Part shown: in pieces, positions 39,301 through 52,515 of the stretch
Position numbering within the stretch: the stretch's first letter is position 1
How the letters are laid out: each line of letters starts with the position of its first letter
Origin: Lobosporangium transversale
Lineage: Eukaryota
Length of the DNA: 64,000 bases
Reading direction: 5' to 3'
Assembly: GCF_002105155.1 (NCBI RefSeq)
Contig: NW_019029010.1
Location: forward strand, 310,001 to 374,000
Translations under genes and position numbers: made by a program
Notes under the pieces: model-generated
Databases searched by the model: none
Told to the model about the DNA's origin: nothing
Seen by the model: only the letters and a program-made list of their open reading frames with translations

Positions 39301-39838
39301 TTCCAAAGGTAGGGGAGCTATCCTTAATATGGTTGTGATGAGCTATGCCTGGATCAACTACATCCGTTTTGGACGAGCTATAAAGGAAGTAATCTGGGAG
39401 CATCCCGACTCTTGATTCAAATCGCAGGCCTAACAGCAGGCCTATAACGTCTTGCTGCTCCTCTTCATGTGGTAGCGTCCATGTACCACCATCTCCTCTT
39501 CCTTCACTTTGTCTTGTCCACATAACATCGCGATGATCGTCATCACCATCTTCAGAAGTGTATGGTGATTGAACCTTGATGAGATAGTAGTTCCTGTGTT
39601 TGTGATCATATCGTAAATTACTATGTTCATATCCATATGGGCCATATTCATATTCAGTTCTATGTCTTGACCTCGGCTCTTGTCCTGGTGCATCCGTTTT
39701 TCCATCATAAGCTTTATATTTTGACACATGTGTCTCAGCAACAGTATGAAAATATTTTGTAGAGAGGATGAAAATGACCGTGAACAAAATGGATACATAA
39801 AGGGCTGAATAGCGGCGCGCTTGCGACTCAGTATTCAT
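36396..39838 (-). CDS. Kexin/furin-type subtilase paralog A: long prodomain, S8 and P domains, C-terminal TM, essentially no cytosolic tail
   Basis: Catalytic residues in IIDDG, NHGTRCAGE, ATGNG and HGGTSAAAP; P domain LEHVTVTVNIEHGRRGD, WTFMTVKHW; ends AFYFFCSIIGLAILVAGYFIKYN*. Confidence 0.92.
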
Positions 39839-42035
39839 TTTATGAGATACAAGGAGATTAATAAAAAGCAAGAGAGGGAAAGAAGCAGAAAGGGAAGGAG
39901 GAAATGAAAGAGAGAAAGAAAAGACGGAGATTCTTTTGCTTCTTGCTGTTAGTATTGATTGTGGTTGGGAATGTGTTTGCCCCTGATTGATGAGATCCTC
40001 TCTGTTAGTGATGGCGGTATCTCCCTTTGGCAATAATAAGGCGAAAGCAGGCAAGTCCTTCTGGGTTGCTCATCATAATAAGAATAAATTTAACATTGGT
40101 TGGTAGACATTGGTAGACATAAATATCCTCGGAAAAAGATGCCTTTCTCTATTATATAGTCTTCATTCCAGCTTGCACCTATACTTATTGATTCAAAAAA
40201 AAGGGGGGGGGACATGGTATTGTTACACTGGTCAATTTTAGAAGCTGTGTGCCCCTGTCTCACCTTCGATATCCTTTTTGCACCCCAAAACCATTTCGCC
40301 TTCGAAGAGACTCCAACGCATTGATCTCAACCTTCGCCAGATCCATCTTTGATAAAGAGTTGGTTCCCACAAAGGCTCCTTGTCTCCTTGGCTCCTCATG
40401 CTTTACTATGAACGGTGAACGCTGTTTAACCCTTCAACGAGAACATATAGCATGGATAAAAGATCGGCTTAATAAAAAGACCCTAGCCGTAGAATCGCTA
40501 GGCTTCATCATTTCTTTAATGACCATTTTTCACTTTGAAACTTCTATATCCATCCGTTTCTAGAGCTGCTCGTCAACAAGCATATTACACAACAACACCC
40601 ATCAATAAAAAAAAATAAATAAAAATAACAACGGTATCGGTGCCAAATTACTAGCATACCTCAATGTTGTTTTTCTTTTAACAATTTCTCTGGTCGAAGA
40701 ATAGATACAAGTTAAATGCATATATTATTCAGTAAGTGTGTAATTGGATTTATTTACATCCGATATTTATTACCAAGGTACTGTCATCAAGGCTTCTCAG
40801 CTACATGTCCTTGGGCTTTTTGGTGGAGGCTGAGTGCCCAATCTCTGAGAATTTCCTTGGTTCTCTTCCATGACAGGCTAACAAAGGTGATGTACAATAT
40901 ACAGTTTCAATCACTGTAATGCGGGAAGAAAGGGTTGGGCTACTGCATAGGACATCGTTTACTTTAATCAACAAACAGAATTTGAGATGGTCAGGGCTTT
41001 TGTATAATAGTTATCCTTACTTATGTGATATTGACCACGAGAGGTTATTTTAACTTGGTATAAGTTGAGACTGAAAATCTACACTACGTACTAGAAGACT
41101 TCAAGGCCATAAATGTTCACAGAGATCACTCATACATACTCTTTGGCAACCTCGAAGGACCCTGTTGAGATATAGTAGCATACAAGCAATACATCTGTAG
41201 TATTCACCAACACTTGCACTCATCTTTCACTTTCTTGGGGCTTGATGGCAGACCGATATTCTCGACAACACTACCACTCAGGCTATCCTTCTAGGATTGA
41301 CACCATAACATTCATTCCTCCACAACACCTAAAACGTGTAAAGTGACGAGCTTGCCTGTAAAGCGTCTTAAAAAAACATTCTATTGAATCAACGCCTCTT
41401 TCGTGCATTATCTCAGCAGCGTGAAAGATCGGCGTGACCATTCGAGCTCTGGAAAAGAGCAATGGTACCAAAACTTGCTGAAGTAAGCTGGAACGGCATA
41501 ATGTATCCTTGATGAGACAGTTGTTATGCCTCAATCCTATTGGCTTTGGGGATGAAAGGTATCTAGACTGAACATCTATTTGGGCGTCATGCCCTTTTTG
41601 CTGCTTGGTGTCTATCTATACAAGAAATTCGGTCATATTATTTTTAAGAACGACTAGCGCTGTGTTTGCTCCATCATCGGTGTTGTCTGTGTTGGAGCCC
41701 CATTGATGCTCCCAACAAACCAAGATGGAGCGGAAGGATGCTTAAAAGTCGATCTTACCAATATTATTTTGTATATAACGCATACGCTCTATCCATTCCT
41801 ATAACATTCATAGACATGACCACAGAAAGCCTCATGATATCTATTAAACAGCAAGGGTAGAGAAGTGAAGAAGATGTCCGCAGGTGTCATAGTTCATTGC
41901 AGCGATATAATAACTTGAATCTAAGCTTCCCATTTGTAAAAAGCATAGCTGATATCGGTACTGTATTAAAAGCATTATGGAGACGGAGCAGAGTGCGGCT
42001 TTTTTTTTTTCTTATCCTTTATACTCTATGATGTA

Positions 42036-45000
42036 TTAATGGAATGTCTGCTTGCTATCTTTAATCTTCACCAGAGTATTAAACTCGTCCCAACTATCAC
42101 CCTTAACCTTGGATGCTGGTCCACCAGGATGATTTTCTGCATCCTCATCATCTTCATCCTCATCCTCATCCTCATCCTCATCCTCATATCCCCCTTCTAC
42201 CCCTGCCACCTCAAAACTGCTCTCCCGTTCAATCTCTTCCCCACTGGATAAGGGGCTGGATGTGCCTATACCCCGAGGAGTTTGGCTGGTCTTTTGCTCC
42301 TTCATCTTTGCTGCATTTTCAGCCGCCTCAATATGGCTTCTGTCAAACACAATTCGACGGGAATCTGGGTTCATATGGTCATCGTCATCATCATCATCAC
42401 TATCACCTAAGTCATGTGTCGGTAACTCATCAAACTCATAGTCACCACGACGACCCAATAATCCTCCACGCTGACCAGCCTCTTCATCATTGAAGCCACC
42501 ACCAAAAACATTCCTAGGGTTGGTCCGATGTCGATACATCAAGAAAAGTGCGGCTCCAATAGCAACAAACATGCCCCCAAACATTATGTAGATGAATGGG
42601 CTAATCTTAACGCCTTCATCGCCACCGTTGCCCTCTGACTTGTCGGGGTTCTTACCCGGATTCGGTGGCAGTTCAGTCTTTTCTGGAACAGCAGCAGAAG
42701 TTGTGGGTTGAGCTGGTGGTGGAGCTGGGGCAGGTGGTAGTGTTACGTTGGCATGTCCATTTTCAATTTCGCCATGAAGTCCCAACTTCCAATTGATAAA
42801 GGTTCCTGTCTTCTCAGGATTTGAGCGATCGTACACCGTCAAAGTCCATGGACCAATGGGGGATTCCTCCCTGCATGACAGTTTTCAATATCAAATTTAG
42901 AAGGAAGAAAAAAAGTTTAAGGAGTGCAATAAATCAAACAATAACCATGACATGACCCCTTTAAACTGTCAAAATCTACTTACCAGTGCTTTACTGTCAT
43001 GAAAGTCCAATTCACAAAGCCATTTGTAGAATTGTCCTGTGGTCTGGCCACAGCCAACTTCGATATGATGCTATCAGGACTTCTAAGCTCGATTTCGACC
43101 TCACCACGATATGTGTGCTCAATGTTCACTGTGATAGTGACATGCTCCAATGTGCCAAATTTGACCTCCTTTAGTGCAGCCTCTGTAACTTCAAAAACTG
43201 AAGGTAAACCCATCTGTCCAGTTCTGCCTACGTTGTCGTCATCTCCAGAAGGAATATCGCCATCCACAGTGATGACAGGCGATTCGTATGTGACTTGGGG
43301 TCCAACAGATACCCATGTCTTCGCATACTCCACCATTGCATAGGCATCCAGTTTTCCATATCCATACTTGTGATTGAATAAACGGCCCACAGACGTCTCA
43401 GCCCAATCAGGATCTTCTTCGTCTATGGGGATGGCAGTATGGACAGTGATATACTGCACATCGCGCCAATTCAAGTCCGGTCTAATGTCGAGCCATATCG
43501 TTGATGATACAGAGGATGGGGCATAAATGACTTATATGGTTATAAAGGGGACTTGAGACATAGAATGGATTGGTTTGACTGTGAAGAGTCGCATTGAAAG
43601 AAAAGACAAGCTAAGTCTCATATAATTTCATACCTGACTTCTAACAAAAGAGCATAGATGGCTGCAGCAATGGGTGCGGCTGCGGATGTGCCGCTATGGT
43701 TTGCAAAGCAGTTTCTCTTCCCGATATCGCATGTGTACTAGTTACAAGAAATAAAGAGAAACAAACACCGCAAGCAATTAGAATCTCTCATTTGTGCTAT
43801 TCAAAACCTACATAGGCACAGAAACGGATTGATATAAAATAAAATAAAACGCTTACAATCCAACTGTTGTCTCCAGAGCTATAGGTTACTCCAAGCTGTG
43901 CAGAGCACGCTTCTGAGTAGAGGGGATGTTCGTTCGTTCTAGTGATAGCGCCGATCGAGATTGTGTATCGACTGTTGGTATAGCCATCAAAGTTGCAGTT
44001 ATCACCCGCTCTGCCTCCGTTTCCGGTCGCAAAGACGAAGATACTGCCCTTGCCCTGACGGCCATTATCGACTCCATTGATGAATGCATCCAACAACATC
44101 CCAGTCGGTCCATCCATTGACATGCCATCATCAGGTGGACCCCAACTGCATGAATAGATTTGAGTCTCATTGAAGTTATAATTGAGTGCTTCTGCTTCCT
44201 GAGCATCTGTAATCGGTCCGGAAAGGATGCGGAGACCTGCTACCTTGGCATCCCATGCAACACCTACTCCACAGAGATCGTTTCTGGACGCTGCAATCTC
44301 TCCTGCACATCTGGTTCCGTGATTGTCGTCATCAAGCTGAGGTAGAGGGATGTTCACGTTGTCATTAAAGTCATACGAGCCTTTGGCGTACTATATCGTT
44401 AATTTTTTTTTTTTTTTTTTTTTTTGTTGAAAAACGAACCATTAGTTTCTTTTCCGTTGACGAAGCAATACTATTGAACTCTCCATTGTCTTTTAGGACA
44501 AAAAAAAAAGGGGGAGGCAGGGTTAAATTAACTCACAAAGTTAACTGCCAAGTCCTGACTGTTTGCATCCAAACCATCGTCAATAATAGCCACAATGGTG
44601 CCCTTTCCTGTAATGTTTTGTTCCCATACACCTGTCACATTAATATCGTTTCCTGGCTGTTTAGTATTATGCTGTTTTATCATAAAAGCAAAAAACAAAG
44701 ATTGAAAAAAGTAAGTCATGTCTGTTATATCAAACAGTTGCTTTTTCCCTTGATTCATCCTTGACTCTCTTTTTTCCTTACCAAGTGCCATTGATATATA
44801 AACCCAGGGTCCTGGATCTGGAAGTGAGCTGCAATTCCATCAGCAGGTTGTGGTTCGCCACGAACATACTCGTCCCTGGGTTCGATGACCATAGCTCGCT
44901 TTATTCGTTGCCTCAGCTCCTGCTTCTGAATTGGTCCCAGTGGTGATGATGATAGCCCTATATTACTTTGTCCTTTCTCTACCTCTGACACTGCGTATTC

Positions 45001-45450
45001 ATCGCTGCTTCCATCTCGTCTCAGAAGATGATGACCTGCTGCACTACTGCCAACAATGCTACGCTTTTTTCTCATCATCAATTCATGATGAAATGCTCTA
45101 GATTGCCGAAGATCATTATAACGCCTGACCACGATGTCTTCCTGATTTTGATCTTCATTTGTAGTTGTAATGTCATTTTCGTCCGCTCGTTTTTTGACAG
45201 GTAAAGAGGATTTAGGGTAGCTGAAGAGATGATAGTTAGCCAGTTCTCCAACCTGGCCTACATACTGAACTCCGAGGTGATGAGCAATCTCTTCTGGGCT
45301 GGCCAAGGTTGGATCATGTATTTTGACAGCATAATAGTGAAAGTTATCTGTTTCATGCACCAGCGGCGGTCTTCCAGCAATGGAAACAGGGAGATAAGAT
45401 GAAGAGCTGATAAGAGCAGCGACGCTCAGTAGCAGCAAGAGAGGCTTCAT
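42036..45450 (-). CDS. KEX2: Kexin (Kex2) paralog B with signal peptide, TM and long acidic cytosolic tail
   Basis: Signal peptide MKPLLLLLSVAALISS; autocleavage site RIKR; IIDDG, NHGTRCAGE, ATGNG, HSGTSAAAP; TM FIYIMFGGMFVAIGAALFLMY; tail with YEFDEL and acidic runs. Confidence 0.94.
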
Positions 45451-45900
45451 CGGTTATTGATTAGGCTGCTCAGAAGAGCAGAGGAGAGCGCCTTTTTCTT
45501 TCCTTTCCTTAAATGAATGAAGGAGAAACAGAGAAGGAGAGAATAAAAAAGAGAGAGATGGAGTGGGTTAAAGAGTGGAGGTCGAGGTGAAGAGGAAGTG
45601 GAGTGCAAGAAGGAAAGAAAGAGAGAGATGTTTCAAGATAAAAGAGCTTTACGTTTGAGAAATGCTTTGGCCAGACAATAAATTTTTAAAATGCACAAAT
45701 CACTCAGGGACAGGGATTCGGAATATTTTTTGGGTTGTTTCCCATCCATCGATCGCAGATCATGGCGGGTGGTCAATGTTTCTCCATAATGTCTTTGTCA
45801 GCCCACGTGCTATTTATAACCTTGTAGCAGCAATGGAGACCGTAAAATGAAGTGGATGTCAAATAGCTCTTTTTTATTATTGTTATGATTATGACAACTT

Positions 45901-46031
45901 GTTGATACTGGTACTGATACTGGTACTGATAATGATAATGATAATGATAGTGATAATGGATAATGGATAATAGATAATGGATAATGATAATGATAATGAT
46001 AATGGTAATGATAATGGTAATGATAGTGATG
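45901..46031. repeat. Compound (GATAAT/GGTAAT/GATACT)n low-complexity microsatellite
   Basis: Runs such as gatactggtactgatactggtactgataatgataatgataat...aatggtaatgataatggtaatgat. Confidence 0.85.
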
Positions 46032-46117
46032 GGACTGTATGCATTTATAATACTTTAAGGATTAACAGGTATACAAAAGAAGAGGGGGGAAAAAAAAAGA
46101 AAAAAAGAGTTATTCTT

Positions 46118-46442
46118 CTACCACTTGTTACTCTTGACCTTGGCCACAAGAGCCGCCCACGCTAATAGACGATAAATCAATACAACGGCCACAAACAAGC
46201 CCATGTACAGATTCCAGTCCTGGTCTTTGAACCTGAGCAATTCCAATACGGCATCACCTGTTGGGTAAGGACATGCACCTGAATTGATCTGTTCAGTTGA
46301 ACAATCAAAGACACGACCATCAAATTCATTCCGCGTCATGATAAAGGATCCGTATTTGAACAACGATACGTAGTTAATGTATTCCAGCCATTTAGGAATA
46401 TTAAGAGACATGAAACCCGTCATAAACGAGAAAACACTGATC

Positions 46443-46478
<36 letters not shown>

Positions 46479-49400
46479 TTGTTCATTGTAGTTGAAATAA
46501 AGATAATAGTATAATATTAGCAAACAAACCAAAAAAAAATAAAAATATAAAATATAAAATAAAAAAGCACACAAGTGACATGATCATTCTTACCACTGCA
46601 CTCATAACCGTGATGTTGAAACCAGCATGTGAAGCGAACGTAGAGAAAGCAAGACCAATGCTCTCGCCCGTGTTGATGTATCCAAACATAATGACCCAAA
46701 ATGAAAAGAACGTCAAGACTGTAGTCTTCATATTTGTAATCACAAGCATGAACAACGTCACTCCTAATGATCCGAAAATCTCCAACGGGAGCTCGTTGAT
46801 CAAATAAGAGGCAAAGAATGATGTCGCACTGTAGCCGCCATCCGAGATTTCTCGATAGGCTATGTCACGCTGTTCATTAAAATAAAATAAAAAAATAATA
46901 TTTAAGTAAAAAAAAAAAAAAAAAAAAAAAAAATTCATTTTCAGAAGCGTCAAAACTACCTCTTGTCCTTGTTCATGCCAATATTCATGCCTACATACCT
47001 CAAAAGGATAAATGGCAACGTTGTTCAGCATTCCTGAGAATACAATAGGTGATGTCTGCTGCAACAGTCCAAAACGACTGGTCACATCCACAGGCTCATT
47101 ACCAAGAGGCGCAAAGAAAATGGTCATGATAATGGATACAATCACTGGCTGGAAAGCTCGGTTGAAGTATAAGCCTTTCTGGCGGAAAGTGTTCACAAAT
47201 GAACGACGTGCTAGAATTGGGAATGCTTTGCCAAATGATGCAAACTGAGGGTTGATTTTGGGCAGTTCTCCACAAGGCACCTTTGGGAGCTGAGATGCCA
47301 GCATGTCATACTTGTTCGCATTGAACCGCTCCACAAGCGCATTGACAATCTTGCGAGTCTTTTCTTCCAACTCAGCTGAACGCAAGTTGATGGATGCAGT
47401 GTCCAAGATAAAATCTAGAATATGATAATATAATCATATGCAGCCAACGTAAAACCAAAAATGAAAAAGTTAAATTAAAAAATAAAAAATAAAAAATAAA
47501 ACACATCGTTAACATTAATTTCATAGGACATTGTTTACCTGGAACGTTGGTGAATATTGGGGCAACATGTCCTGCATCCTCAAAGTACTCAACAACCTTG
47601 TCAGCACGTCCAGAGTAAGCTGCGTGTCCACCCGTGACCAAAAGAACAACGTTGTCAAAAACATGCCAGATATCTGCACGAGGTTGGTGGATTGTGCAAA
47701 CAACAGTCCTTCCACTGGCTGCAATCTGCTTCAACGTCAGCACGACTGCTTTCGCTATTTAGTCGTAGAATTAGAAGGTGTTAACAAAAGTATCACAGTA
47801 TAGGATGTTAAGGAGTTTCTCTCTTTTTTTTTTTTACCTGTCAATGCATCTAATCCACTAGTAGGTTCATCAAGGAACAGACATGCAGGCTCCGTGACAA
47901 GCTGGATGCCGATCGAGACCCGGCGACGCTGGCCTCCCGAGCATCCCTTTACAGCGGCATTGCCAATAATGACATCTGCACATTCTCTCAGTCCTAAAAG
48001 GTCAATGATATCCTCAACTTTTGCATGTTTGTCTGCCTTGGAAACAGAGCTATCCATTCGAAGTTCGGCAGCATACTGGAGTGTTTCACGGACAGTCAAA
48101 TGAGACAACAAGAAGTTGTCGTCTTGGCGGACATAGGAGCTGACACCGTTGATTAGACGCAAGGACGGGTTCTTGGTATCATTATAGTAAACCGCCCCTT
48201 TCTTTTTTAGTTCCGGCGACGTACGGTGCAGCAAGGTATTGAGTAGACTCGTCTATAATATATATCATTGTAAGAAAAAAAAAATTCTTTTTTGTTAGTT
48301 TTAACGAATAAAAACATATAGATAAATATATATAAAGAACCAATACGTCTTTAATTACCTTTCCGGCTCCGCTGCCTCCAAGGATCGCAGTCAATTCGCC
48401 TGCTGGGAAGACAACATCTACATTTTTCAACAGCTGTTTCTCAGTCCTCTCACGGCGGAGACCCCTCATGATGCCCTTAAAACTCCACTCAAACTTCGAT
48501 AGCGATACAGATAAACTGAGGTTTTCCACACGGATTGTCACAGGATCCTTGCGCTCCAACCCCTTGGAGAACACATCCAGACGAGTCTCACCCAACCGAG
48601 CTTCCTTCTCCAGATCCAGACTAATTTCTGAGGACACAGCTGTTGAATTTCCTTGCTCGCCACTCACAGAGGATTTAGTCTTGTTTTCTCTCTTCCTGAA
48701 CAACTTCATGAATTGATTGACGAATATATCGGCCAGTGTAGGGCCTGAACCCATACTTGTAGGATTAACAATTATGAAAGTCAATGCGATCCAGGCTACA
48801 AAGAGGAATCCAACGAAGTAATAGGCCATACGTGCGATAGGGACTGGGTAGTAATTGGGCTCCACATCCAACTGACCCTTCAAAATCAGGTTTCCATCCC
48901 AAGGAGAACATCTGACAGGATCCCAGGCTCCATCCGCGCCGACATACGGACATGAAAACCGATTATCTGTAAACTCATTACTGGCCAATATCAAATAGCA
49001 TGTGTTGGGATAAGCCAGGTATTTGATCCACCTCAACCAAACAGGGATAGAGCTGGTGACAATGAAGAAGCCGGTTGACAGCCCAAAAAACGCAAAGATG
49101 GCGTTGGCGAGCATTGAGGCGGATGAAAAGCCTCGGACAATAGAAGAACAAAGCACCGCAAATGCAAAAGTGACAAACTGCATGGTTACATTGACGAGTA
49201 GCCACCATGCAAAATGTTCCACAGAGTCTGTTCGGAGACCTGTCATGTAATAGACAATAGCTGAAAAGACAATGGGATAGAGGATGTTGGGTGGAGCTGT
49301 ATACACGACCGTACTGATCAGATGAGGTAGTGGGCCATACCATCGATCCATTCGCTCTCGATCATAAACAACGATGCCTTGGGATAGTTGGTAAATGAAG

Positions 49401-50991
49401 ATCATCAGCATCAGATATGCCTGGATGGCGCCCACTGCGTAGACTAAACTAGTGCGGGAGCGAATACCGCCAAGGGAATGATCCAGATCAAAAAAGATGG
49501 CTCCCACAGCAAGACCAATGACTATACACTCGCCAATGCAACCCCAAATCACAATGCTATCCCGAATCTGATTCTTCCAACCACGTGCAGTCAGGACGCG
49601 GATCTGACTCCAAAGAGAAGGTCCTGAGCCCTTAGGAATAATATCGACTGCCAAGGATGCAAATGAGGAAGAAACTGCATTAGGATGCCGTGCTGCGGAT
49701 GACGACTCACCCCCGCTACTGGTCAATAAAGAAGGATCAGTCAATGCAAAGATTGCATTCTTCTCTCTTCTAGTCCATGCTTGGACAAGTAAGTCACGGC
49801 GAATGGCAGTGGTCTTTTCAAGAGCCTCGCTAGCGAAATCGATCATGCTCAGGTCGAGTAAGTAGTCAAAAGGATTGACACCACTGGGACAGGGACTGAT
49901 ACCAGTGGATTCGATCCATGGCAAAACAGACCGAACAGGGCCGCTATAGATAATATCACCTCTAGAGAGAAGGACCATTTGACCATCTGATTCCGATAGT
50001 AACTTGAAGATTTCAGAGCGGGGCTGATGGATAGAGATGACTATAGTCTTTTGGGTCGACTTTGCTAGTTTTGTGAGTGACTTCATGACCTCATATGACG
50101 AGAACGCGTCCAATCCTAAATAAAAAGCCCACAAAGGAGAGAAGGGGGATTAGTGCATTTAGCGATATATGAACGCTTAAAAACAAAAACAAAACCAAAA
50201 ACCAAAAAAATTATATACCTGACGTTACTTCATCGCAAAGAAGCATTTTAGGATTGGTCAGTAATTGAACGCCAGCAGAAACACGGCGGCGTTCACCACC
50301 ACTGATACCTCGGATACCGCCACCACCGCTCTCACCACCTCCGGGATCACCAACTCTGGTATCAGCACAGTCCTTCAGACCAAGCTCAAGCAAAACTAAT
50401 TCAACAAGCTCATGCTTCTTTTGACTTGACATAGTCCTTGGGAGACGAAGGTGTGCAGCATAGTTGAGTGTTTCACGGACACTATAAAATATAAAGTCAA
50501 AAAAAAAAAAAAAAAAAAAAAAAGAATATTAATAGTTAAAAGCGGAGCATTGTGAAAAAAAGGAGGAGGCCGTTGAACTTTGGCATGTCTTCTGAAACAA
50601 ATAAAAATAAAGGGATAAGTTTGACAGTCATAAGGAATACATACGTGAGGAAGGGCATCAAAAAGTCATTCTGTTGGAGATAGCCGACACTGCCGTCGTT
50701 CCAGAATTTCTTGGCCTTAATACCATTGCATTGGATGCTGCCAGATATGACTACCTCGGGTCCATTCATGCGACCAGCAATTGTATTGAGCAATGTGGTC
50801 TTGCCTGATCCTGAACCTCCCAGAATAATACACACTATCCCATCAACAAATTTTTGTCAGTGAATTTTGTTATGGCAGCGATGTGGTCAACAAAAAAAAA
50901 AAAAAAAAAAAAAAAAGAGAGGATCCGAAGAGGGTCCAAGTGCTCCATGTGATAAAAAAAAGTTTTACGCCCAGTGACATCTGTGCGTCTT

Positions 50992-51031
<40 letters not shown>

Positions 51032-51419
51032 AAAAGAGTGAATAAATGAATGTACCTTGCCCAGGTTTTACTGTAAGATCAACATTGCGAAAGATGTTTA
51101 CACCAACGTTTCGTAGATCTCGGTCTATTCTAGGTGAAGAAGGTCCATCAAGATCGGTCATCTCTGCGTTCAAATCTCCCGTCTTCTCGGCGGCAACATT
51201 TGCGCTACTAGCAACAGTCATTTCAGACACAGTCTTGTCCGGATTAGGAACAATCCGGAGCTTACGAGCGACGCGAGTGAGGAGAGAGGGAGGTGGGATG
51301 ACTGAGAGAGAAAGGTTTCGTAGTGTGAGTTCAATGCCCGTGGTGGTCCCGGTGAGGCCAGAAGCACCGGGTGTTGGGCCCTTCTTGAAGGCGTCTGTTG
51401 CCTGTGAAAGGCGATCCAT
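46118..51419 (-). CDS. Full-size ABCG transporter (NBD-TMD-NBD-TMD), YOL075C-like, multi-exon
   Basis: NBD1: GGSGSGKTT, ISGGERRR, LLCDEVTSGLD, SIHQP. NBD2: GGSGAGKTS, CSGGQRRR, LFLDEPTSGLD, TIHQP. Each is followed by a multi-TM ABC2 domain. Confidence 0.93.
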
Positions 51420-52515
51420 GATGAATTTACTCTTTCTAGTCTATCTATCAAGCTTTACTGGTCGCCTATATTTCTTTCGTCTGTTTGTTTTATCTTTCTT
51501 TTTTGTGGCCTAAAGTTACTATGGTTTCTTGTTATTGTTACAGCGGTAGTGAATCAAGAGGGAGGTAAGACAATGGGTGGTGTTGAGAGCAGTGAAGGAG
51601 TGAAGAACGAAAAACAGCGTCAAAATTAAGGGAGATATGAAATCCGGGCTATTGGCATGCAATTAGTGTGCATGTCATCACACGTTTCATACTACTTTGC
51701 AATACCTGAATTAGAAAGAAGTGGGGAAAAAAAATAAAAAAAACGATGATGTAAAACTATGAATGAACGATGAGGAAGTCATCACAATTGTGCAAAAACC
51801 GGATTTAGAGAACACAAAGGCACATTCACGCTCTCTTTTGTTTTAGTTTATTCATGAAGTATTGCGCCCAAGTCAGGGCAAACAAGTACATGTAATCCCG
51901 CCGCTACAGACAGGAGTGTGACAAATAAAATTAGCTGCTCGCTAAAGCATCCAACCCAAAATTTCTTATTCTTCTTTATTCTCTATACTATTGTGAGGAC
52001 GTTTAGACCACCATTGGTCACCACTATCCTTTTCATCCCTGATGGTCCCACATATGACAGAATTATGCGGCCAAGCTCACAATCATGTTTATCTGATAAC
52101 AATAGGGTAAACAGATCAATGGTTTGTTAGTTTCTGTACACAAAGGACTGCGAATCATTTCAAAACCGGTTTGGGAAAAATTACTTGCAATTCCACATTT
52201 GCGACTTTCCAAACCATAAAAATTAACATGCACTATTAGGATAAAAATTATTTGAGAGCAAAAGGTGTGTGGGAATATGAGGCGGTGTCTTTTTAATTGC
52301 CTGCAACGATCGATCGTGATGCACTAAGTACGTGGCCTGTTCGATTTGATCAACCTATCACATCGCACAAAATACTATAGGAAGCGCGCTTTCAACCAAC
52401 CCACAATCTTTTTTTTTTTTATTTTTTTTTTTATTTTTATATCTCCATAGACCATCTAAGAGACGCGTTTGTCCAAAGTGTATGCTTTTTGGTTTTTTCG
52501 TTCTATACACCCATT

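Noticed and set aside
39839..40054. In-frame non-ATG N-terminal extension of kexin A
   Set aside because: It runs through a CT-rich leader typical of promoters and 5' UTRs here; ATG 39838 is followed directly by the hydrophobic targeting segment.
40100..41900. Possible pseudogene or transposon relic between the two kexins
   Set aside because: The frames I checked are interrupted by stops; no transposase/RT motifs, terminal repeats or target duplications seen.
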